64,000 bases of DNA from Amoebophrya sp. A120. Lineage: Eukaryota; Protista; Dinoflagellata. The position numbers and the translations under genes were made by a program. The stretch's first letter is position 1, and each line of letters opens with the position of its first letter. The notes beneath the pieces were generated by a model. The model was not told the DNA's origin and did no database searches. It was given only the letters and a program-made list of their open reading frames with translations. Location: positions 2,026,230 through 2,090,229 of the forward strand of contig CAJINV010000006.1 in NCBI GenBank assembly GCA_905178155.1, read 5' to 3'. Below, piece by piece: positions 23,622 through 34,600 of the stretch.

Positions 23622-26600
23622 CTTCATCCCTCGGACAAGGGACCGGACATTTTGGGAAAAAACCACGTATCCTGTGCAAAAGTATCGTACTCGTAGTAAT
23701 TGCAGTGATGCATTACAAATTTTGTTCCTAAGCCTAAGGTAAATCCGCATGACAAATTTTATCTCTCATGCTGAGGAAATTTGTAATGCATTTATACGAG
23801 TACGATACTTTTGCAATTCATACCACGAGCCCTACTCTGACTTTCCCCTAGAGCAAGAGTCCGCAATTTGTCGAAACGCGATGGAAACCGAACTCGCCAA
23901 CCGGGTCGTTGTCGCGCCGAAGGATGTATCAACTGTAAAAGTGTCTGGGTCTGGAAGAGCGCAAGTTTGTCATGCACGTTTTGCATGAGCCATGATGTCT
24001 GTGATGTTTGTCCTAGCATCACAGATTTTCTGACGGCTTCGTGATGCCTATCGATCCCGCATGACAAATGCCCTCTCCGCGTAGCCAAATTTGACTCCTC
24101 TTGCTGCTCATGCAATACAGATTTTTTTAGAATCCAAACGCAGCATCACAAGTTCCATCCTTCCAGACCCAGACATTTTTGCATTTCATAGGATGACTTT
24201 CCGGGGAGTGGCATGGAAAACAGCAACTTCTACCCCTTGCAGTCTCCCTACGACACAGTGAAGTTGCCGTATGGAAGTTTCAGGATCGAAATTGACAAAA
24301 TCGAAATAGTTTGTGATGCATGCAATCGATTATACCAGTTGGAGCCTCAGCGTTCTTCAATTTGCGCATGACAAATTTGAGGAGCACCAAAATCCACTCT
24401 GTCATGCTGTTTGGGCAGAGTAGGCTGCTCCTGTGATGCTACCCGGACAGCACTTGGCCTTCTTCTATCGAAACAGGGTCCCAATCGGTCTCATTTGCCT
24501 GCTCCCCAATACAGGCCTTCAGTCCCCTACATTTTATGCGTTGCAAATCAATTCGATTTTGTCCATTTCGATCCTGACGCCTCCATATGCCGGTAGTCGC
24601 GTCTATGGACCGCATCAACCAGGGCTATATCCACAGAAAAAATATAAAGACCCATCGCTTCCAGTTTGTCATGCAAAAGACGAATCAAGTCCAGTGCTTT
24701 GTCATGCGAAAAATGGATGGGGAGTGATGGGTGTAGTTCATCTTCCTGGATAGGCCACGCGAGGTTTCTAAACCAGTTGCGCGCACGAGAAAAGGTGCGT
24801 CAGCATATCAAAAGGAAAAATCCCCCCTCCCTATAGGGAAATAAACGAAATTTGTGAAGATGCTGTATCTGAGTAAGTACACAAGTCCTCGACTTGTATT
24901 GCTAGAACGCCAAGGGCCGCTGCAGTTGTGACCTCTACTTTTGCAGGCAATTTGTGACGCTGTTTCCCACTTCCAGCTGCCTTCTGTAGTCATGCTGAAG
25001 ATGCAAGGCCTTCCCACTACACAGCCCAGCGCTACAGTCCGCATCTTTATCTTTTGCCTTCTAGCATGACAAAGCTGGTTTGTGGCCACAAATCTGCATC
25101 ACAAATTTTCGGTATCATGATATGGGGAAGGGGGGTTTTCTTCTTGATACAGCAGGGGGTCGACCGGGTGACCGGGTTCAAATCTGCGGACATATGGATT
25201 GCAAAAATGTCTGGGTCTGGAAGAATGGAAGGTCTGTCATGCCCTGCTAGCATGACCCACAGGTCTGTCATGCTGGTTACCCAATAAAAGCCCCGCCCGA
25301 CTTTTCTGACTGTCATGCCGAAACAGGGCCTGTCATGCAGATCTATACGCAACTACACCTAGCAACAAGTCAGAAACTTGTCATATTGATCCGCCACTTG
25401 TGGCGTCCTCAGGATTTTTCGCCAACCAGCATCACAAGTTTCCAGACCCAGACGCTTTTGAATTTGATAGGACAATAATAACGACCAAATGATCACGTAC
25501 TCCGAGTTTGAAGCGATTTTGAAAAACCAGTTCGGCAAAGCGACGGACGAGACGCAGGTATCCCGTGTAAAAGCGTCGCCACCCCATAGTTGTCATGCAA
25601 TTCTGCATGCCAAAAAAGTTTCTCATGCACAGAGCGGGTGTGGCGCTGGGAGCGGGTGTCCACTACACGATGATGATGATGCACAGCCCTATGAGAAGCA
25701 TTCTCTATTCGTGTTTTGGACTTTGCGATACTAGAATCAGCATGCTATGATGTTTCTGAACTAGCTGAACAGGATTACACTACGACGAGGGCAAACTTGT
25801 CATGCCAAACAATCAACCAAAGCTGGTTGATTTGTGTAGCAGATTTCCCATCTTGGCTCTGGTGTGGGGACGTGTTTAATCAGGAGAGCAGGAGCTGTGG
25901 AACGAGCACAAGGTGGTCGATATGAGATTACGCAACTACTCCCCCTCCCTGTCCCGCTCATTTGTACTTACTACTGCATGAACAGCACTAGAAGCGCCTG
26001 CAAGAGACAGAGAGCAGCTTTTACATTCGCAAATTTCCGCATGATTTTGTAGTGGTGTTTGGGCTCCCAGAATCTGAATCTGTCATGCTAAACATTCCCA
26101 AAGCGTGGTTTTTGCTTTTTGCATGACGAATGAGGGGGAGGGGGAGAAGTTGTGCACGTTCATAGTCGGTGGCTCCACGATGACGCCGACGAGTTTCATG
26201 AAACTGTACTCCACGGGATTCTATCCTGTGCAGAAGTATCGTGCTCGTACGAATAATGATGCATGACAAAAAATCTTGTCCTTGAGGTAAAACAGCATGA
26301 CAGATTTCAGTTCTCATGCTGAGCGCATTTGTATTGCGGTTTTTACGTTGTGCGATGCTTTTACAATGCATAGATCTGACACCAATCTACACTCCCGCAA
26401 CCGCGCGGACTTCCGGTTATGGCGTTCTCAAACGTTACATTCTCAACTGTTACATGAATTTGTAATGCAAGACTAGCACAGGTGAGAGGGAGACCCTTGC
26501 GCGTCTTGCATTACAGCTTTGGCGCGGATTACAGTGCTATTTAGCCCTCCGGGAATTTGTCATGCGAAGCACCTTGATCGTCTGGCGGGTCATGTTCATT

Positions 26601-29600
26601 TTGCATGACAAATCATGTAACAGTTGAGAATGTAACGTTTGAGAGCCCCATACCGGTCGTCTTTGACTTTGAATTGCCCGGTACGGGTGGGCCAGTGGGG
26701 CAACCTGGTATCCTGTGCAAAAGCATCGTACTCGTAGTAATTGCAATCATGCATTACAAATCTTTTTCTCAAGGTAAATCTGCATCACAAATTTTCTTTC
26801 TCATGCTGAGAAAATTTGTAAATGCATTTATGCGAGTACGATACTTTTGCAGTGCATACCTGGCGCTGTATCGCAAGAAAAAAGTGTATACAGTTACACA
26901 CATAGTCTATGCAAGACCGGGATCACAGACAGCTTTTCTCATGCAGGAATTGCTTGGGAGCCTCGTTTCCTTCCTGTTTTATTTCCCTATATGATCTTCG
27001 CACTTTTCAAGTTTTCTCGGCCACACAGAGAAAATTTGTGATGCAGAAACTCCAAGAACAAATGTGTAACTGTAACACTTTTTTCTTGCGATACACTGTG
27101 TCCGGTGGGCAAGCCGGTCACCGAGGTGCGCATCAAGCGCAAGGCGTCGGTCGAAAATTCCGACAACCAGGGCCTTATCCGGTGCAAAAGTGTCGTACTC
27201 GTAGTAAAAATCGCTGTCATGCATTACAAATTTCTACCCCAAGGCAAAATAAACAGCATGACAAATTCTATTTGCCATTGGCCGAATTTGTAATGCGATT
27301 TCTACTAGTACGATGCTTTTGCAATGCATAGGCCTCACGGGCATCGAACTCAAGTGCGCAGATATGACAAGGAAAAATCCCTCCTCCCCAGATTCAAAAA
27401 ACAATTTGTGTTGCTGAATTTGCGTTGTACACAAATGAACTTTGCATTGTGGCAAGAGCTTGTTGTTGGGATATTCGAAGCCCATTTCATCTTGCTGGCT
27501 ACGCATCACCGCCTAGCAGCTCCGCATGAGAAACAAGTCTGACGTAGGCGAAAACGCATGACAGACTCGCTTGTTACGATGCTCCACATCATGGGTGCCG
27601 TTATGTGCCTTGTGCGCAAGACAAACCTGATTTGTGGCCACAAGTTAGCATCACAATTTTCGATTTCCTGTGGAGATTTTTCCTCACAATAGCAGACGGG
27701 TCCACGCTGCTCACCAGCAGCGCCACAACCGCGGAAAACGACGAGACTGGAGTTTGGTCCGATTGGAACATATGCATTGCAAAAATGTCTGGGTCTGGAA
27801 GAGAGCAAATTTGTCATGCATATTTTGAATGACCCATGATGTCTGTGATGCATGCTCTAGCATCACAGATTTTCCGAGAGCTTTGTGATGCCTCTACCGC
27901 ATGAGAAATGTCCTCTCCGCGTAGCACATCAAACTGGAGTCCTCTTGCTGGTCATGCAATACACTTGTTTTTGGAATTGAGACACAGCATCACAAGTTTA
28001 GAATCTTCCAGACCCAGACACTTTTGCATTTGATAGAACAAGTGCTCCAACGAAAATCTGAAGATCAGCGGGTTCCGGGCTCGCAACCAGGTGTTTCAGC
28101 CGCAGTTGACCGATAATTCTGCGGTAAATGATATGGAAATGTCAGGATTGAAATTGACAAAGTTGAAATGATTTGTCATGCAAAAAAGCGATACCAGCTG
28201 GAGCCCAGTTTGCAAGTGGCGCACGACAAATTTTGGCGGTCCTCAAATCCAGTTTGTCATGCTGTTTAGGCAAAGAAGACTGATTTTCCCATGCTACTTT
28301 AACAGCTCGAGCTCTAACGACCCCAAACAGGCTTACAATCGGCCTCGCTTGCCTGCTCTGCAACACACGTGCCTCGCGTCATGCATTTGATGCATCACAA
28401 ACTATTTCAAGTGTCACGATTTCGATCCTGACACATCCATAAATGACGTTAGCCTACTCTGTCGCGCCCACAGCGTGCACCACGCGTATGCATTGCAAGT
28501 GTGTCTGGATCTGGATTTGTGATGCGAACTTTAAAGGACAACAAGATCTGCAATGCATGAATGCGATGGGCCAGTTAATGGCATTTTGGAATGCTAAATA
28601 CGAATGCATGCGCAACAAGAACAAGCCGCGGGAAATTTCTCATGCTGTTATTCCCTACAAGCAGCCAGTCTGCCATGCAAGTATCAGCAACACAAGTTAA
28701 TATTTCCAGACGACCCAGACGCATTTGCATTTGAGAACGCGACCCCACAAGCAAACGTCGTCACCCTGCCCGATGAAGAGCTGCGATTTGGCGAAACCTC
28801 CGCCGCCACGCCAGCGCCACCGCCGGATTCAACGGCCCCGGTCCAGAGTTTCAAAGTTGCGGGCTTCGGAGCCGGCGAAGAGCCACAGGTGAACGAGGGG
28901 GGCTGGAGCAACAAAAAGTACTGTCGCACCGATACGAACTTGAACTACTGCCAAAGCATCGTACTAGTCTAAATCGCATGAGACAAGAACTTTCCTCAGC
29001 ATGAGAAACGGAATTTCTAAATGCGGATTCACCTCAAGAAGGAGATTTCGATTTGTAATTCATGGCCACGAAGATAAGTTTTAGTATGAGTTCGAGTGCG
29101 ATACTTTTGCAATGCATAACCGAGCACGCCCAGCTCAAGACGGCGTCGAGCTCGGAAGTTATCCTGAGTAAAAACGTACCCACACCAGAGTCAGGATGGG
29201 GATTTTGCAACACAAACCTAGGAGTTTTGTGAGTCACGCATGACAAGTTGCACTCTGCAGTGTAGTGCAGGTTAGCAAGTGCAGCCGCATCACAGATTCA
29301 TCTGCTCATCCTGTTCACAGCATCACAAATTCCAAAACACGACTGGAAATGGCTCTTATGGGGATGCGCATTACAAGTCTTCCTGTCTTTGCAAGTCTGC
29401 ATTACAACTCTGGCGTGGGTACGTTTTTACTCAGGATAGAAGTGATTTGCGGCTTCCAAACGCGGTCCGGAACGTATCGTAAGGAAAGATCCCCCCTCCC
29501 CATATTGAAATGGTACGTTCTCCAAAATTTGCGTTGCTGATTTGAGGTCACAAATCACATCTGTCTTGCAAGAAGAGAAGGGCAGAAACTTCCGCCCCAT

Positions 29601-30080
29601 TATGAAGCCGGTTTGTCATGCTGTTGGGCCTACAGGGCAGCCGTTTGCCATGCTGACCAACTAGACCCATACGCCCCGACCTACCCTGGGCCTCAGGCGG
29701 CACTGCCTCCCTGCAATACAAAGCTGATTTGTGTACACAAATCCAGCATCAGAAATTCTGTTTTGATATAGGGAGAGGGGATTTCTCCTCACAATAGAAC
29801 GCTCGGCGGTGCCGGTGGAGAGGACGAGAACAATGGTGGCCCGGAAGATATATCCTGTGCAAAAGTATCTGATACTCGTATTCTTGCAGTCATGCATTAC
29901 AAAGTTTTTTCTTAAGGTAAATCCGCATTACAAATTTTCTCTCTCATGCAGAGGAAATTTGTAATGCATTTATACGAAAAATGCGATAGTTTTGCAGTTC
30001 ATAAGACAAGCTGGGAATCACCGACATCCGTTTTTTCTGCTGCGAAGATTACACCAGCACCACGACGGGATTTTTTCTGA
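23622..30080 (+). CDS. EF-hand + vitelline membrane outer layer protein I (VMO-I/VOMI, beta-prism) domain protein, 21 introner introns
   Basis: Spliced: AD|NNNDQMITYSEF (EF loop); three VOMI-like repeats GQWGNLALCPVGKPVTEVRIK..DNQGLTGIELKC / GVWSDWNKCSNENLKISGFRAR..DNSAVNDVSLLC / GGWSNKKYC..VICGFQTR..DKLGITDIRFFCC; TGA 30078-30080. Confidence 0.8.
23668..23822. mobile_element. Introner B
   Basis: TSD ccacg/ccacg. Confidence 0.9.
23927..24190. mobile_element. Introner A
   Basis: TSD ggatg/ggatg. Confidence 0.9.
24270..24587. mobile_element. Introner I
   Basis: TSD tgccg/tgccg. Confidence 0.9.
24628..24752. mobile_element. Introner J (TIR tatcca.gaaaaaa..cccatc, ~105-125 bp)
   Basis: TSD ggcta/ggcca. 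Confidence 0.8.
24806..25149. mobile_element. Introner C
   Basis: TSD cagca/cagca. Confidence 0.9.
25193..25469. mobile_element. Introner A inside the EF-hand loop
   Basis: TSD ggaca/ggaca. Confidence 0.9.
25559..25887. mobile_element. Degenerate introner D
   Basis: TSD gcagg/gcagg; ends AGA. Confidence 0.8.
25921..26164. mobile_element. Introner E
   Basis: TSD gtcga/gtcgg. Confidence 0.85.
26222..26372. mobile_element. Introner B
   Basis: TSD gattc/gatct. Confidence 0.85.
26418..26652. mobile_element. Introner G (TIR tatggcgttctcaaacgttacattctcaac, ~235-260 bp)
   Basis: TSD ccggt/ccggt. Confidence 0.9.
26709..26858. mobile_element. Introner B
   Basis: TSD cctgg/cctgg. Confidence 0.9.
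26869..27093. mobile_element. Introner H
   Basis: TSD cgctg/cactg. Confidence 0.88.
27176..27330. mobile_element. Introner B
   Basis: TSD ggcct/ggcct. Confidence 0.9.
27363..27691. mobile_element. Introner C
   Basis: TSD gcaga/gcaga. Confidence 0.88.
27771..28035. mobile_element. Introner A
   Basis: TSD gaaca/gaaca. Confidence 0.9.
28132..28441. mobile_element. Introner I
   Basis: TSD aatga/aatga. Confidence 0.9.
28487..28736. mobile_element. Introner A
   Basis: TSD acgcg/acgcg; ends AGA. Confidence 0.85.
28933..29118. mobile_element. Introner B
   Basis: TAC..ATA, TSD accga/accga. Confidence 0.85.
29160..29438. mobile_element. Introner D
   Basis: TSD gaagt/gaagt; long near-perfect TIR. 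Confidence 0.9.
29475..29796. mobile_element. Introner C
   Basis: TSD gaacg/gaacg. Confidence 0.9.
29851..30003. mobile_element. Introner B
   Basis: TSD agata/agaca. Confidence 0.9.
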
Positions 30081-31678
30081 TGGAGAAACCCTAGGAACGG
30101 GAAAAACCAGAAAGGAGGAGCAGGCGCAAAATAAATGAAACCTGCTCGTCTATTTTTGAGAAAAAATCGAAATGCAAATAAAGCATTTGTGATTTGAGTG
30201 CTGTGCTGCGAAAGAAAAGAAGACGAACTGCAACACTTCTCAGTAAAAATAAAAACCAAGATGATGATCAAAAAAAATATAAACAGTAGAAAATGAGTAT
30301 GTATATGCAAATCCGGCCGGAATCTTGATTTTTTTCCAAATCAACAACGCACTATGTACTATGCTTCCATTTTTTAGCGAAACCAATACCAAAAGATGAA
30401 CAAAACTCCAGGGGCTGCTCGCAGAGATAGCAGCTGAAGTGCTGCAAGGGGTCCGCCTCTGTGCTTGTGACTCTTGTTCAGTGCGACGTTCTCGACGGCC
30501 CCACTGAATAATTGATACAGGCACGAAAGATGATGTTGTCCACTCCTCCTCTTCAGAGTTGTCATTCCATATTGAAGGTTCGGTGGTGTCATTCTCATTC
30601 CATACTGAAGGTTCAGGTGATGTTGCACTTAGTTTAGTTAGTTGTAGTCTGTGGCACGAAAGAACGTATTGCACTGAATAAAAGTTCTCCTTTTCTTGAA
30701 CTCGGCGTCGGTTTTTTTTCAATTCTACGAGTACCTTGAACATGGATGCTTTCGGTTGTTGATTGGAAAAAGGAGAACTAGCGCTGCGCACTGGTTGTGT
30801 GGTCATCGAAAACTTTTCACTTTATGTAGGATGAGACGGCAGTACTAAAAGCCTTGAGTAGAAGTGGATGAGTTTCTGCTTTTTCGGTATAATCGGTTGG
30901 AGTGCGCGGCGTCATAAGAGCTGTAGAGTATGGCATACTACTGGTACTGACGCCGAAACAACATCGGAAACTTGATTGTGAATAGCGAAAAGATGACGCT
31001 GATCATTTTATTTGGCACGGGAAGAAGATTGATGAAAGAAAGCCTACAAGTGGCACATCTAGTTCCCACCTAGTAGCCATGCACAGGAGAACGCGTCGTG
31101 TCAAGATGAACACCAGTGGTCTAAAAATCTCGGTTTCAGCGCCCTACACATGGCGAAAAGGTTCTTGAAGATGGGCGTTGTGTCCAACATCATGATCGGT
31201 TGAAAGATCATCATCTCAAGCTCGTGATCGGCTTCTATCGCAAACAAGCTCGGCCCTTCTCTTTGCTCATCAAGAAGAAAACAAGAAACGCGATTTTTAT
31301 TTCTCACAAAGTTTTTCACGTCGTGGACTGATTCTTGATTACACCCTTTCTACTATCAGGCGAATCATGAAGCGTCGAGCGCTATAGGAGCTTTCAGTAC
31401 ATCACAGTACGACCACCACGACGGCTTGCGTCCTTTATTCTGCTTTCTGATCACTAATGACTTAAGTTACATTTTTTACATTTTGCAACACATGTACATT
31501 TACCTTTACGTCACAAGGTAATAATATGCAAATGTGGAGTCCTCGGAGTGGCGGGTGTTAGCGTGTGGTCCAGCACGACCTCCCTGCTCCTGCGCTCGTC
31601 CTCTACTTCCAAGATGACGTCCTCAAAACCTCCACTTCCTTGATGTAGCACCAGCAGTAGAGAATCCACTATATCAAA

Positions 31679-34600
31679 ATGCAGAAACGAAACCTAGAAC
31701 GACAGCAGCACCACACCGCTGCCAGTACTGCTCCCGAGCGGAAGGAGAAGGGGCCGGCCATGGGAACAGGCAGGAATCTGGGCAGTCAAGGAGACAGGAT
31801 CGATGTAGTCCAGCACCTTGGCGACGGTTATATCAATAATTCGGGGATGACAACAACATCATTTGGTGGCCCGCCAGACCTTTACAATCCCGGACAATTT
31901 ACTTTCCCGCCTTTACAGGACTCATCTTCGTCTGTACTGCAGCATAATCCGGGGGATCATAATGTCACTGTCAGCATGTCCTCCACTGTTTCTCCCGAAG
32001 CCTCGTTTACGAACCAGGTCTATCAACTGTAAAAATATCTGGGTCTGGAAGGTCACAACTTGTGATGCTGTCTGTGGATTCTATAAGAAATTTGTATTTC
32101 ATGACCACCAGCACAAGGGGTCGGGTTTGTCCTACGCGGAGAGGGCATTTCTCATGCCGTAGAGGTATCACAAAGCCCTCTAAAAACCTGTGATGCTACG
32201 GCATGTATTACAGACATCGCGGCTCATGGAAAATATGCATGACAAGTTTAGAAATCTTCCAGACCCAGACATTTTTGCATTTGATAAGGTCTTGCACCGC
32301 GTTCTCACAGCTGCGTTCGCGAACGTGGATGGTGCAGGTCCCGGGCTTATCCTGTGCAAAAGTATCATACTCGTATTGCAATCATGCATTACAAATTTTT
32401 ATCTTAAGGCATATCCGCATTACAAATTTTATGTCTCATGCTGAGGAAATTTGTAATGCATTTATACGAGTGCGATACTTTTGCAGTTCATAGGGCTCAC
32501 GGCCAGCTACACGGGACAAGAAGGAGAAGTAGATAATGCTGGTGCTTTTGGACCAACTGGACCGCACGACCTTCCTCAGGACCGAACATCAGCACGACCC
32601 GGGAGAACGGCCGCGAAAGTAGAACCGAGCACTGGTGCGGTAGTAGCGTCCTCAGATGAGGACGAGGGGGAAGATCAAGATGACCAAGACGAGGAGCATA
32701 GTAGACTGTTGAAGAAGAACATTTTTTCCACCACGCCGGGAGGTGACGAAGATGAAGTAGATCACGACAGAATTATCCACGAGGAGCACGATGAGGAAAT
32801 GAACGACAACGCTTTCTCACATTTGCACGAGAAAGACCACGTATCGCATGAAAAAGCTGTTAGTTTCACTGTGATGATTTTGCAAGATCTGCATCACAAG
32901 TTTGCGTACACATAGCACCGAAAATTTGCCATGCACTCTTCCCAAGCGATGTTGAAAACACGCTTTTATAAAAATCCAATGTCATCGTGTTGCCGGTGTA
33001 GCAAGACAAGTAGGCCTGTGCTCCATTCTATGCATCACAAGTTGACAGTGAAGCAGTTTTTTCTCGCGATACCACGTGAACGAAGTGGAATATCAGTCGA
33101 ACGCCTATGACCTGCTCAAACGTTACAATCTCAAATCGGTTCTTACCATAGTATCTGGGATTTGTCTTGCAGGATGAGCATGACAAACTCGCAGAGCGCT
33201 CCACTTTCTGCAATACAAATTTCGCCAGATTATAGTGCGGTTTGGAGCTCGGAAACTTTTCATGCGCAATCCTGTAGGAAGAGGCTAGACCATGCGCTCT
33301 TGCATCACAGATTTCCATATTCTGTGGTAACCGATTTGAGACTGTAACACCTGAGTGGGTTATAACGCCTGTTTGAACCTCTGGCTGTGGCTCGGGCCCA
33401 TTCTCGGGTGCGGCTTCTGCAGCGGGTTAGTCATCTGGCTCGTGATATGCTGAGCAAACACGTCCCCAACCCATAATCAACAAGTTGGTAAACCTGCAAC
33501 ACAAATCTACTCCAAGTTTTGGGAGTTGTGCATGACAAGTTTTCATCTGCAGTGTTGTGCTGGCTGGCAAGGGAAGCCGCATGAGAAAACCATTTCCTCA
33601 TGCTGTTTACAGCATTTTTACAAATGCGAAAACACGAATAGAAATGCCTCTCATGGGGATGCGCATTATTTCAGATGCTCCTGTCATTGCGCATTTGCAT
33701 GACAACTCTGCGAAGATGGGGACGCTTTTACAAACGATACGTGATTTTCCGGACGTTTCGGTGGCATCCGTTTTTCAACTACGAAAACGCGACGTTTAAG
33801 GACGAGGAGAAAAATTACCGCGGTTGTTATGCAAAGAAAAGAGTTGTGTTACACTTGCAGTTACACACAACTGTGTTGCAAAACGTGCAAGACAAGCAAC
33901 CTCTGTCATCATGCGCAAAATGCTTGCGCGCCTCGCTTCATGTGTCGTGTTATGTCTTATCCTCTCTGCTGCATTGCAAGTTTAATATTTCTCTGCCATG
34001 CAAGGCAAGTTTGTGATGCGGAATTCACTACAAAAAGAAATGTGTAAGAACTGTAAGAACACTACTTTCCTTGGATAGTTGCTGCACAGCAAACACGGGG
34101 TGTGGCGACACGATAGCGCTGCTCAGCATCTCCTGGGCCACCGTGATGGCGCTGTTTTTTTCCGTTTGCTGCTTCCTCGCCCGGTGCGGAACCAAGTCGC
34201 TCGCCTTCTGGATCTGCATTGCGTCGACGGTAGCGTTGTGGGGAATCCTTGCCCTGTCCATCTTTCTGCACGGGGACAACTGCGGAGGGACTCCGACTAT
34301 CCTGTGCAAAAGTATCGTACTCGTATAAATGCATTACAAATTTCCTCAGCATGAGAAATAAAATTTGTAATGCAGTTTTACCTTGAGAGCAAGATTTGTA
34401 ATGCATGTTTGCGATTACTACGAGTGCGATACTTTTGCACAGGATACCGACGGGACAAGGCAGTGGAACTATCAAATGCAAAAATGTCTGGGTCTGGAAG
34501 AATGCAACTTGTCATACTAAATCTGAATCATGTAGAATAAATCTGTGTTGCATGATTACCAAAAGCTGTGGTCCACTTTTGACCTAATCGAGAGGCAGTT

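Noticed and set aside
30240-31319. Minus-strand ORFs (EPSVWN repeat; 72-aa ORF)
   Set aside because: No homology cue or splice support; cannot be called
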